The notes beneath the pieces were generated by a model. The model was not told where the DNA came from. It was given only the letters and a program-made list of their open reading frames with translations, and did not search any database. A stretch of 64,000 nt of DNA from NCBI GenBank assembly GCA_965219415.1, contig CBDCNP010000001.1:64001-128000 (forward strand), given 5' to 3'. Source of the DNA: Candidatus Marinacidobacterales bacterium. Its GTDB lineage: Bacteria; Acidobacteriota; Vicinamibacteria; Marinacidobacterales; DATDRI01. Of the stretch, positions 31,046 to 40,735 are shown piece by piece. The first letter of the stretch is position 1. The number at the start of each line of letters is the position of its first letter. The translations under genes were made by a program, and so were the position numbers.

Positions 31046-32350
31046 CTACGAGGTGTAGCCGCGCTCTCCGTGGGACTCGAAATCGAGACCTTCGGCTTCC
31101 TCCTTCTCACTGACCCTGAGTCCGACCATCGCACGCGTCAGGAGAACGATCAACCAGGTTGCCAGCACCGACCATACGACCACCACAACAACTCCCGTCG
31201 CTTGAGAGATAAACTGAGAAACGATGCCGTTTTCGAGGCCCAATCCGCCAAACGTCTCGGCGCCCAGCACCGCCACCAGGAGCGTGCCGAGTATTCCGCC
31301 CACGCCGTGGACGGCAAATACATCCAGGGAATCGTCCACTAATAATCGGCCCAGGACAAACCGGGTCGCATAGTAGCAAAGGATACCGCCCAGTATCCCG
31401 CAAACAAGGCCCCCGGCAGGCCCTACGTAACCCGCTGCCGGCGTCACCGTGGCGAGTCCCGCTATGGTGCCGGTTGCCGTTGCGATTAGACTGGGCTTGC
31501 CGGAGTGGCACCACTCCAGAGCCATCCACACGAGAGAAGCGGCGGCGGCCGCAATAAGGGTCGCCACTAAGGCTAGGCCCGCGTTGCCGTTCGCTGCCAA
31601 CGCGCTTCCAGCGTTGAATCCAGACCAGCCGACCCAAAGCAGTGAAGCGCCGATCACGGTCAAGATGGGATTATGGGGCGGCGTCAGCTTATCCGGAAAA
31701 CGGAGCCGTTTACCCAGCATCAAGGCGATCACGATCGCCGAAACGCCGGCCGTGGTATGAACGACAAGCCCACCCGCGAAATCGAGCACGCCGCGCGTTG
31801 CCAGAAAACCTCCGCCCCATATCCAATGGGTCACCGGCGAGTAGACTAGAATCCCCCATAAGCCGCTAAACAGCATCACATGGGCGAACTTGATCCGTTC
31901 CGCGTAGGCACCTGCGATCAAGCCGAGCGTAATGATGATGAATGTCATCTGAAACGTGAAGAAGACCGACTCCGGGATCGTTCCGACTAAGGCATCGGCA
32001 CCGACACCGGCGAGAAACGCTTTTTCCAGCCCGCCGATCCAGGCGTTGGCCTGCCCTCCGTCTCCGAACGCTAGGCTGTAACCGACAGCGAACCATAGTA
32101 CCGACGCGAGGCATGCAATCGCGTAACAATGGATTGACGTGGAAATTACGTTGACCGAGCGGACGAGACCAGCATAAAACAAGAGCAGCCCCGGCAACGT
32201 CATCATCAGCACCAGTACGGAAGAGACGATGACCCACGCGGTGTCCCCGCTGTCCAGCCCTTCAGCTGCCAGTGATAACCGGGGGAACAGGCAAACGGCA
32301 AATGTGAGAATAAAAATCCGGCAACACCATCGGCTCAATATAGCACTCAT
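31046..32350 (-). CDS. amtB: Ammonium transporter
   Basis: DSGDTAW, FQMTF, AERIKF, DFAGGLVVH, GFNAGS and DDSLDVFAVHG motifs. Confidence 0.95.
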   Translation of the reverse strand: MSAILSRWCCRIFILTFAVCLFPRLSLAAEGLDSGDTAWVIVSSVLVLMMTLPGLLLFYAGLVRSVNVISTSIHCYAIACLASVLWFAVGYSLAFGDGGQANAWIGGLEKAFLAGVGADALVGTIPESVFFTFQMTFIIITLGLIAGAYAERIKFAHVMLFSGLWGILVYSPVTHWIWGGGFLATRGVLDFAGGLVVHTTAGVSAIVIALMLGKRLRFPDKLTPPHNPILTVIGASLLWVGWSGFNAGSALAANGNAGLALVATLIAAAAASLVWMALEWCHSGKPSLIATATGTIAGLATVTPAAGYVGPAGGLVCGILGGILCYYATRFVLGRLLVDDSLDVFAVHGVGGILGTLLVAVLGAETFGGLGLENGIVSQFISQATGVVVVVVWSVLATWLIVLLTRAMVGLRVSEKEEAEGLDFESHGERGYTS

Positions 32351-32865
32351 TTGACTTCCTTTTCGATGTCGTTTCCACGCTCAGCACTGGCTCCAAGAGT
32401 ATCACTGGTTCCAAGGGTATCAAAAGAGGGCCACTGAAAGCAACTTTGCCGGAACCGAACGGGAAAGAGCACCGCGCGCCCACAAGGGCGTAGAAAAACG
32501 GGTGCCGTTGTAAAGCGTGGGTGATATCGTGGAGTGGCTACGCGAGCGGGACGCCGTGAAGCTGGAACGGCAAAGACGCGCCGTGATGCTCCTAGTGTCG
32601 GTATCCAGCCGCGACATTCGTGAGTGCGACGTGCGTCACTTCCCCAGCAAGATCCGGCCCGACACGTTTCCTCTCGAATGTCATCATCGCGATTTCGGCC
32701 GCATGTCCGAGTTCGTTCCGCGATCGAATCGCAAGGTCAAGAGCCGCAGGTGATGTCTTGCCGGCTGAATCGCGCGCTGCAGAATAGACCCAGACATGCT
32801 GGCTCGAGTTTATGGAAGGGACAACCCACCGGCCGCTCATCGCGGGCTCGTTGAGGCTCGTTCGC

Positions 32866-33057
32866 CTACGGCGTCAAAGAGTCCGTGAGTGTGGCCCCAT
32901 ACTCGCCGAGTTGGGCCCACAGCGCTGCCAGGTCGATCCCAGACGTGGTCGCCAGAAGGAGAGCGATTCCGACCGCTGCCAACACCACCAGTCCGCGCCA
33001 CCTCAGCGCTACGCCGAGTACAACACCTGCCGCCACTCCCGCGAGAAACATCGCCAT
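32866..33057 (-). CDS. Small hydrophobic hypothetical protein
   Basis: Two hydrophobic segments in ORF 32866..33111. Confidence 0.3.
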   Translation of the reverse strand: MAMFLAGVAAGVVLGVALRWRGLVVLAAVGIALLLATTSGIDLAALWAQLGEYGATLTDSLTP

Positions 33058-33122
33058 GGACTTGCCCACTTGAGCCGATCGCTGGCAGTCTACACTCATG
33101 GTCAGAGCCACGCCAAACTACC

Positions 33123-33389
33123 CGTCTGGTCAAAATACTCGAACGCCCAGCGGGTCAGCAGTTTGCAGCTTTCCAAGGACCCGTCGTGTCCAAAAACACA
33201 AACGATAGCGGCCTGTTGGTCACGCTGGAGCCAACCAGCGATGGCGACGACCAACCATGTCCAGGGCTGGCTCTGCCTCCTCATGACCGAGGATTCTAGC
33301 TTCCATTGGTCCAACCAAGCCTCAGACGTCTCTGATCCGAAACGTCCCGGCGCGCTAGTCTTGAGTTCGTTTGTGTTTTGGACAGGACG
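33123..33389. mobile_element. Type D end followed by a 208-bp unit with two inverted type A left ends
   Basis: CGTCTGGTCAAAATACTC at 33123; CGTCGTGTCCAAAAACACAAACG at 33182; CGTTTGTGTTTTGGACAGGACG ending 33389. Confidence 0.8.
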
Positions 33390-33549
33390 GGATGGAGGTG
33401 TATTCCCGTGCGCCCGAGAACGGGTTCGTGAGCTTGCCATACTGATAGTGGAATTCGGCTTGTGCGGCTGCCGCCGAGGCGGACGCCAGAACCAGGAACG
33501 CGCCCAGGACGCATCGCAGCAGGCCCGGTAGATGGGAGTGCACGGTCAT
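33390..33549 (-). pseudogene. 5' stump of exported protein (possibly Tsx-like nucleoside channel)
   Basis: Signal peptide ...ASASAAAAQAEFHYQYGKLTNPF, cut at an A end. Confidence 0.4.
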
Positions 33550-33740
33550 GGGTTGTGCCTTCTTCACATTCGTCATTGTCCGAGCCTGATAATCGACGCT
33601 ATGGTGCCGGGGTGAACCCGCAACGGATCCAGTTGCAGGCAGTGCTTGGAAAGTTCATCGAACCGGTTTCGTTCACGCCTATGACTGTGTCTCCGCCTTC
33701 CTCTGATAAGCCGCCGCACTGTGCAAGGATCGGGGTGCGG

Positions 33741-34027
33741 TCAGAACAAATTCATGGAAGCCTTACGGGAGTTCTGGATCGGGATGAGCTGATCGAAGCC
33801 GCTGATCATGAAAACTTCATGGATGTGCCTCATGCATGTCGCACAGGACGAGCTTCCCCTGGGTTGCGCTGAGCTTCTTGGCCGCGATGAGAAGCACCCT
33901 CAGACCGGAACTACTGATGAAGTTCAGACGGCTGAAATCGACGATCAAGCGCTGTTCGCCTTTGCTGAGGTGATCTATGACGATGGATTCGAATGCGCGT
34001 GCGTTCGTGCTATCGAGCCGGCCGACC
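33741..34027 (-). pseudogene. STAS anti-sigma antagonist remnant
   Basis: GRLDSTNA...VDFSRLNFISSSGLRVLL; frameshift near 33825. Confidence 0.8.
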
Positions 34028-34529
34028 TGGTTCAGGCCGATGAGCTTGACTTCCAGCTCCGCCGCGGCGTCCACGATTTCCGATAGTAGATGGAGGTTTC
34101 CGGAAGTGAGGGTCGTGTTGATGGACAGTGGCAAGCCGAGCCCGCGTGCGGCGAAGACTTTTCGCAAGCCCCGAATATTGTTGGCCGTTTTGTCGAACGC
34201 CCCCTTCTGGCCACGGATCTCGTCGTGGAAGCTTTGTGGACCATCGATGGATACGCTGATGTGGCGCAGGAACCCCGACGCGACTAGCTCTGCGAGGGCT
34301 TCCGCTTTGTCGTCGCCGATCACTGTCCCGTTGGTAAGTGATGTACTTGCTGTGCAATCCCTTTTTCTGGAGCTGATGGAAGACCTCGATTAGGTTCTTG
34401 CGTACGAAAGGTTCTCCGCCTGTGATGTTGACGGATTTGACGCCTCCCTTCACGAAGATACGATCCAACTCGTCGAGGCTAAGCTCCTTGGAACGCCAAT
34501 CTTCTGGGTTCAGGATGTCGGCAACGTAG
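34028..34529 (-). pseudogene. Radical SAM enzyme internal fragment
   Basis: NITGGEPFVR and ISVSIDG...HDEIRG; the CxxxCxxC region is missing at the IS5 junction. Confidence 0.8.
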
Positions 34530-35616
34530 TGCCTTGGTGCACAACTCTCGATCTCGGTCCACAATTGTCCTGTACTCGCGGATACGAGGTTCCCCATGAG
34601 CATTTTCAAACGCACTCAGCGGAAGTATGTGAAGAAGGCCTATCGCGTGAGGAATTGGCGTGAATATGAGGCGGGTCTACGCAACCGCGGGAGCCTGACC
34701 GTCTGGATCTCGCTCACCGCCGGCAAGCTTGTGAACTGGGACGCGCCCCGGCCAAGGAGGAGGAAACCGGGCCGTCAACGCAAGTACTCGAACCACGCCA
34801 TCGAGACGGCTGTCACCCTGGGCATGGTGTTTCATCTGTCATCTAGGCAGAGCGAGGGATTGCTGCGGTCGTTGTTCGCTCTGATGAAGCTAGACAATGA
34901 TGTGCCCGATCACACCACGATCTCGAGGCGCAAGCCGAAGCTGGGTAAGGTCCCCTTCTACCCAGTCAAGCAGAAGACGCCGTTGCACATCTTGATCGAC
35001 AGCAGCGGTCTCGCTGTCCACGCCGGCCAGCTGCGCAGAGCACAAAAGAGCAGGGACTATCGCAAGCTCCATCTGTGTGTCGACGAGCAGAGTGGCGAAG
35101 TCGTCGCCGGCGAGCTGACGAGCAAAAGAGCCCGCGATTCATCGCGGGTTGCATCGCTTGTCGGACAGATCGACAGTCCCATCTCATCGGCCAGAGCTGA
35201 CACCGCATACGACGCCGGCGGCGTCTATGAGGCAATCGAGAATCACAGCGCTCATCGCTCGCCGAGGGTGCTGATACCGCCGCGCAAGGGCGCCCTGCTC
35301 GCATCGGGGCCGGCGAGCAGCCGACAGCGCAATCGCAACATTGCAGCACAAGCTCGGCTCGGCAAACGAAAGTGGCACACAGAATCGGGCTACAGCAAAC
35401 GGAGCAAAGTCGAGACAACGTTCCATCGCTACAAGGCTATCGTGGGCTCAGCGATGCGAGCGAGAGGGTTGGCGGCACAGAGAGGTGAGGCAAGGATCGG
35501 GTGCAAGATTCTCAACACCATGACGGCGCTCGGGATGCCTGATAGCGAGATGATCGGATGATGGGAGTCGGGGCCAAGCGAGCTCTCGGCCTCTATCGGA
35601 GTTGTGCACCAAGGCA
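34530..35616 (+). mobile_element. IS5-family element, copy 2 (transposase 34596..35561)
   Basis: Almost identical to 21207-22293 (two amino-acid differences). Confidence 0.93.
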
Positions 35617-35676
35617 CCGTATCTGCCCCGCCAGATCCAGCTCGGGATCATGTTGCGTTTCTAGGTAGGCGAATGG

Positions 35677-36201
35677 TTATCGCTGTCGTGAAGGCTCCGA
35701 CAGCACTAGGACACTTACCACCGCCGGAGCCGGCGCTGCGACTTTGTCCTTGATTAACGAGGCAGATATTGCTGCCGCTAGATTTCCAGTGAAGGCCTGC
35801 GCCGCGCGCTCGTCAACGGGGAGCTCCAAATCGAGCAAGGAAACCTCCTTGAGCTTGGCGGCCATCAAACCTTCCGCGGCGTGTGCCGCCGTTTCCGGAG
35901 CGACGGCGTGGATCACTTCGTGGACCACCACCGAGCTCATTGCCCGGACAACCCGTTCGCGCTCGAGCCACGCGAGCTTCTTCAACCGTTCGAGCTCAGG
36001 AGTGTTGAACGCGGGGCCGCGCCGGGGCAATCCCCCGACCTTCCTCGGTTGTTTCCGTGGGTCCACGGCTCAAACGATGGTAGGGAAGAAGATCCAAATG
36101 TTCGCCAGGTTGTCTCCGGTACCGAACACGATCCCCATGGCCTGCAGGGGGAATCCCAGTTCGCCGGGCTCGGACGGTCTGAGGTGCACGGTGAACTCTC
36201 T
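35677..36201 (-). pseudogene. 3' part of HExxH protein, paralog of 38783..39553
   Basis: VVVHEVIHAV...HAAEGLM; colinear with 38783-39310. Confidence 0.8.
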
Positions 36202-38776
36202 TTCCTACGAGATCACTTCGCTTCTCGGCGCGGGTGGGATGGGTGAGGTTTACCGGGCGAAGGATCTCGAGCTCGGACGCGAGGTAGCGATCAAAGTGCT
36301 CCGCAAGAAGCTCGCTTCGGAACCAGAGGGGTTGAAGCGCTTCGAACGAGAGGCCCGCACCGCATCCGCGCTCAACCACCCGAATATCACCACCATCTAC
36401 CACATCGGTGAACACGAGGGCACGCGCTACATCGTGATGGAGTACGTGGAGGGGAAGCCCCTTCGGGAGATGCTTCTCGAAGGACCGCTCCCCTCCAAAA
36501 CCCTGCTCGAGCTCGCCACCCAAATCGCCGAGGGCCTGGACAAGGCTCACTCCGCGAGGATCGTGCACCGGGACCTGAAGCCGGAAAACCTGATGGTGAC
36601 CGACGACGGGCTGGTGAAGATCCTGAACTTTGGGCTGGCGAAGCTGACAGGTCCACCGGTGAAGATGGATTCCGACATGGCCACAGCGACCAAGGCGGGC
36701 ACGCAGCAAGGAACGATTCTAGGAACAGTGCAATACATGTCGCCGGAACAGGCGAGCGGACGTTCCGTAGACTATCGGTCCGATCAGTTTTCGTTGGGAT
36801 TGATTTTGCATGAAATGGCGACGGACAAACCGGCGTTCAAGCGGGACACCGCGGCCGCGACGCTGGCTGCCATCATCGAAGGGAAGGCCGAACCGATGAC
36901 CGGGTTCGATCCAAAACTCCCCGAGAGTTTCCGGAGTGCGGTCGGGCGGTGCCTGATCAAGGATCCCGAAGGTCGTTACGTATCGACCACCGACTTAGTA
37001 AAGGAGCTAGAGCAGGCTCGGGCCGCATTCTCTTTCGGCGATCCGCTCTCGGCTGCGATTGCTCGCGGGGAAACACCGGCTCCGGAGCTCGTCGCCGCGG
37101 CGGGAACGTTCTCGGGTCTGTCGCCTGCGGTGGCTTGGACGTGTTTGTCCTCGGTTGTGCTCTCGCTTGCGGGAGCCCTATGGATCTCGAGTCAGTCGCG
37201 ACTGAGTCAGATTATTCCTCTTCCCAAATCCCCCGAGCTTCTCATTGCCGATGCTCGAACGATACTCGAAGACTTGGGATTCCCAACGCCGCAACGCGAC
37301 AGCACCTACGGTTTTTCCCGGCGAGTCGACTATATCGATGAACTGATGTCGACGGATCGTTCCAAGACGTGATGGGAGCTTCTAGCGCGGGGCGAGCCGA
37401 GCGTGGTTCGATTCTGGTACCGGGAAAGTCCCGAGTATCTCATACCGCACCGCATCACCGAGTTCTTTGCCGCCGAGCGCGATCCGCCTGACTCGCTCCC
37501 GGGCATGGTCAGCCTCCAGCTCGACACCTTTGGGCGGTTGCGCCAGTTGGAAGCTTTTCCTCCCGATCTCACCGACTCCGCCGGTGAGACGAAGGAGCCT
37601 GATTGGAGCGCGCTCTTCGCCGCTGCGGGGTTCGACCGGGAAGGATTCACGCCTGCCGAGCCGCTGTGGTCCCCCCCAAGGTTCGCGAGTCGCCGCGCCG
37701 CGTGGGAGGGAACGTATCCCGACGCTCCCGAGATTCCGATTCGCGTCGAGGCGGCCTCCTTCGCTGGGCGACCCATCGCCTTTCGCGTCGTCGAGCCGTG
37801 GAGTGAGCCCGCCGGCGATCGGGAAAACCCCTGGGTGCGCCCTTCGGACGTGGTGCCCAATCGGTGAGCTAGCGTCGTTCACGTGGGCTTACATTTACTC
37901 TTCATGTTTACCCTCGCGATTTTAGCGCGGCGCAATCTGAAACTGGGACGAGGGGATCGAAAGCTAGCCTTCCGGCTGGGCAGCGTCTTATTCGCCTCGG
38001 TGATGCTGCACTGGGTCTTTGGAGCGCACCATGTTCCGGAGCGCGCGCAGCTCCAGATCTTCTTCGGCGCGCTTTATCATTCCTTCTTTTCGTTCGGGTT
38101 AGCCTGGCTCTTTTATATCTCGCTCGAGCCCTACGCGAGAAAGCTCTGGCCACGGAGCATGATCTCCCGGGTTCGCCTCCTGGACGGGCGATTTGGGGAT
38201 CCATTGGTCGGACGGGATGTTCTAGTTGGCTGCGTTTGGGGGATCGGGATCGCCTTATTGAATCCCGTCCTGCGGCTAGCACCCGCCTGGCTGGGACACG
38301 GCCCACCGCCACGGCCGGACCTTCCGCGCCATCCCGCCGAGCTCATCGCCTTACGCGGTGTGAGCGAGTCCCTTTCCGAGATCTTCCTGATTTTCGTCAA
38401 TATCTCGACCCACATCCTGTTTCTCATTGTCGCGCTTCTGCTACTGCGGTTCGTCTTCCGCAAGACCTGGCTCGCGGTGAGCATTCACGGGGCGTTGTAC
38501 GTATTCATCTATTCGTCTGGCTTCGGGTTTCTGGGAATCACCCTTGTAATCTGTACATGGTATGTGGTTTTCTTCCGGTTCGGCTGGGTCCCGATCCTGG
38601 TGGGCACGTTCACAGCCGATCTCCTGCGCGGCTTTCCGCTAACAACCGACCCAACGGTGTGGCACGCGCACGCACCAATCCTCGCGATCCTCGTGTGTAT
38701 GGTGCTTGCCGTCTACGGCTTCAAGGTGTCGCTCGGGCGACGTCCTCTCTTCAAGGACTTGCTGCCGGAGGCGTGA
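36202..38776 (+). pseudogene. Ser/Thr protein kinase with multi-TM C-terminal region
   Basis: GAGGMGEV, AIK, HRDLKPEN, NFG instead of DFG; start lost, in-frame TGA at 37370, frameshift near 37865. Confidence 0.88.
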
Positions 38777-38782
38777 GTCAAT

Positions 38783-39553
38783 CTATCGTTGCCGGGAAAG
38801 CTGGCTGGCGGTCAGCACTAGGACACTCCTCACCGTCGGGGACGACCCTGCGCCTTTGTCCTTGATGGGGGAGGACAATAATGCTGCTAGATTTCCAGTG
38901 AAGGCTTGGGCCGCGCGCTCGTCAACGGGGAGCTCGGAATCGAGCAAGGACACTTCCTTGAGCTTGGCGCTCATCAAACCTTCCGCGGCGTGTTCCGCGG
39001 TTTCCGGGACGACAGCGTGGATCACTTCGTGGACCACCACCGAGCTCATCGCCCAGGCCACCCGTTCGCGCTCGAGCCAGGCGAGCTTCTTCAACCGTTC
39101 GAGCTCAGAAGTTTCGAACGTGGGGCCGCGTCGGGTCGATCCCGCGACTTTCTGTGGTTGTTTGCGGGGATCCACGGCTCGAACGATGGTGGGGAAGAAT
39201 ACCCAAATGTTCGTCGCGTACCCTCCAGCACCGAAAACGATCCCCTTCGTCTGTTCTGGGAATCCTAGCCCGCCGGGCTCGGACGGTCTGAGGTGAACGG
39301 TGAACTCTCTCTCCTCCGGGGTCGATGCCAGCGTCGGATCGTCCTTCCACTGAATGCGAGCGCCGAGTCTCTCAAAGGAAGCCCGTACTTGGGCCTGAAG
39401 GGTCTCCGAGCCGACATCAAAGAGCCCGTAGCTATCGACCCATCGGATGGTGAGGTCGTGCGCTCGGTCCTGAGCTTCTGAAGGCGCAGCGAGAGCCAGC
39501 GTCAAAAGGACTAACCCTATCCACCTGCCGCGAAGACAAACCTCTCCTGTCAT
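38783..39553 (-). CDS. Secreted putative zinc metallopeptidase (HExxH-x8-H + GLM turn)
   Basis: Signal peptide; HEVIHAVVPETAEHAAEGLM. Confidence 0.65.
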   Translation of the reverse strand: MTGEVCLRGRWIGLVLLTLALAAPSEAQDRAHDLTIRWVDSYGLFDVGSETLQAQVRASFERLGARIQWKDDPTLASTPEEREFTVHLRPSEPGGLGFPEQTKGIVFGAGGYATNIWVFFPTIVRAVDPRKQPQKVAGSTRRGPTFETSELERLKKLAWLERERVAWAMSSVVVHEVIHAVVPETAEHAAEGLMSAKLKEVSLLDSELPVDERAAQAFTGNLAALLSSPIKDKGAGSSPTVRSVLVLTASQLSRQR

Positions 39554-39771
39554 TTCGACCCCCTTCTTTTTTGCCAACTCGGTGTGTGAAGGCCCGGATG
39601 CTTGTTGGTTATGAAATTAGCAGGGGGGCTCTGAAGAGTCCTGACGCGCGGGTAGAGTTTTGTGACGGCTCCATGACGGGATATGACGGGGTTCCGTCAT
39701 ATTGCCTAAGTATTTGGAAAATAAGCTTGTTCGGGGAGCCAGCTTGAATCCAGGGATGCAACCTGTTACCT

Positions 39772-40731
39772 ATGTTCCCGGCCATGTTTCCAAGAGAGCT
39801 TCCGTGGGTGTGCGTATGTTTTCTGGGGGTAGCCTTCGGCTGCTCGCCCACAGTCCAAGCACCGGTTGAAGAAGCCGCGACCGAACAGGCCTCCGAGTCC
39901 CGCGACAAATCCTTCGACTCGGATGGGGTGCAGATTCGCTACACCGACCAGGGGGAGGGGGATCCGCTCATCCTCATCCACGGATTCGCCATGAGCCACA
40001 ACCGATGGGAAAAGGCGGGGATCCTCGATGCGTTCGCCGACCGGGGTTACCGGGTTCTCGCCATCGATGCGCGAGGCCATGGTCAAAGTGACAAGCCCCA
40101 CGACCCGGCGGCTTATGGTGAACAGATCTCGCTCGACATGGTGCGGCTCATCGAGCATCTGGATTTGGAGCAAGCCTATGTAGCCGGCCATTCGATGGGG
40201 GCCATCGTTACTAATAAGATACGGGCGCTGGCGCCGGAGAAGGTTCGGGCCGCGGTCTTGGGTGGTGCGGGGTGGCAGAAAAAAGGTGGGACTGCGCTTC
40301 CGGGTATTACCGCGCTCGAGCTGGCCGAGGCGCTCGAGGAAACGGGCGACTTCAAATGGATGCTCCGGGAGTTCACCAAGGATCAACGGCCGCCTACCAC
40401 GGAAGAGGAAATCGAGGGGCACAACAAGAGAATGATGGATGGCAACGACCCCTTGGCGCTGGCCGCCGTGCTGCGCGGGTGGGACGGCCTAGCCGTTACC
40501 GAGGAGAATCTTCGCGCGAACGAAGTGCCGACCCTCGCCTTGGTGGGCGGGGACGATCCGCTAAAGGAAAAAGTGGATGACCTGAACGGGGTCATGAGTA
40601 ACCTGCAGATTGTCGTGATCCCAAACGCCGATCATTTCCAATCGCTCACCGATCCGGCGTTCGTGGAGAATATAGATGCGTTCTTGGGCCAGCACCCCAT
40701 GGGGGGGAGTGAGCCAGAGACCGAGGAGTAA
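39772..40731 (+). CDS. Alpha/beta hydrolase lipoprotein
   Basis: Lipobox VAFGC, IHGF, GHSMG and catalytic His (NADH). Confidence 0.9.
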   Translation: MFPAMFPRELPWVCVCFLGVAFGCSPTVQAPVEEAATEQASESRDKSFDSDGVQIRYTDQGEGDPLILIHGFAMSHNRWEKAGILDAFADRGYRVLAIDARGHGQSDKPHDPAAYGEQISLDMVRLIEHLDLEQAYVAGHSMGAIVTNKIRALAPEKVRAAVLGGAGWQKKGGTALPGITALELAEALEETGDFKWMLREFTKDQRPPTTEEEIEGHNKRMMDGNDPLALAAVLRGWDGLAVTEENLRANEVPTLALVGGDDPLKEKVDDLNGVMSNLQIVVIPNADHFQSLTDPAFVENIDAFLGQHPMGGSEPETEE

Positions 40732-40735
40732 ATGA

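Noticed and set aside
1-33389. CRISPR array interpretation of the recurring 25-35 bp motifs
   Set aside because: Spacing is irregular (tens of bp to kb), both orientations occur, the motifs run into transposase coding sequence, and no cas genes are seen.
1-33389. Integron cassette array (attC sites)
   Set aside because: No IntI, no RYYYAAC/GTTRRRY boxes recognised, genes lie in both orientations and are often truncated.
21190-35630. Target-site duplications for the IS5, IS1 and IS256 copies
   Set aside because: Flanks compared by eye show no direct repeats, including across the two IS5 copies.
35744-37372. 542-aa kinase with a novel N-terminal domain
   Set aside because: The first about 150 residues are the antisense of the HExxH paralog, fused by a deletion near 36201.
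35677-39310. Diversity-generating retroelement TR/VR pair
   Set aside because: No reverse transcriptase; differences between the repeats are not adenine-specific and the repeat is over 500 bp.
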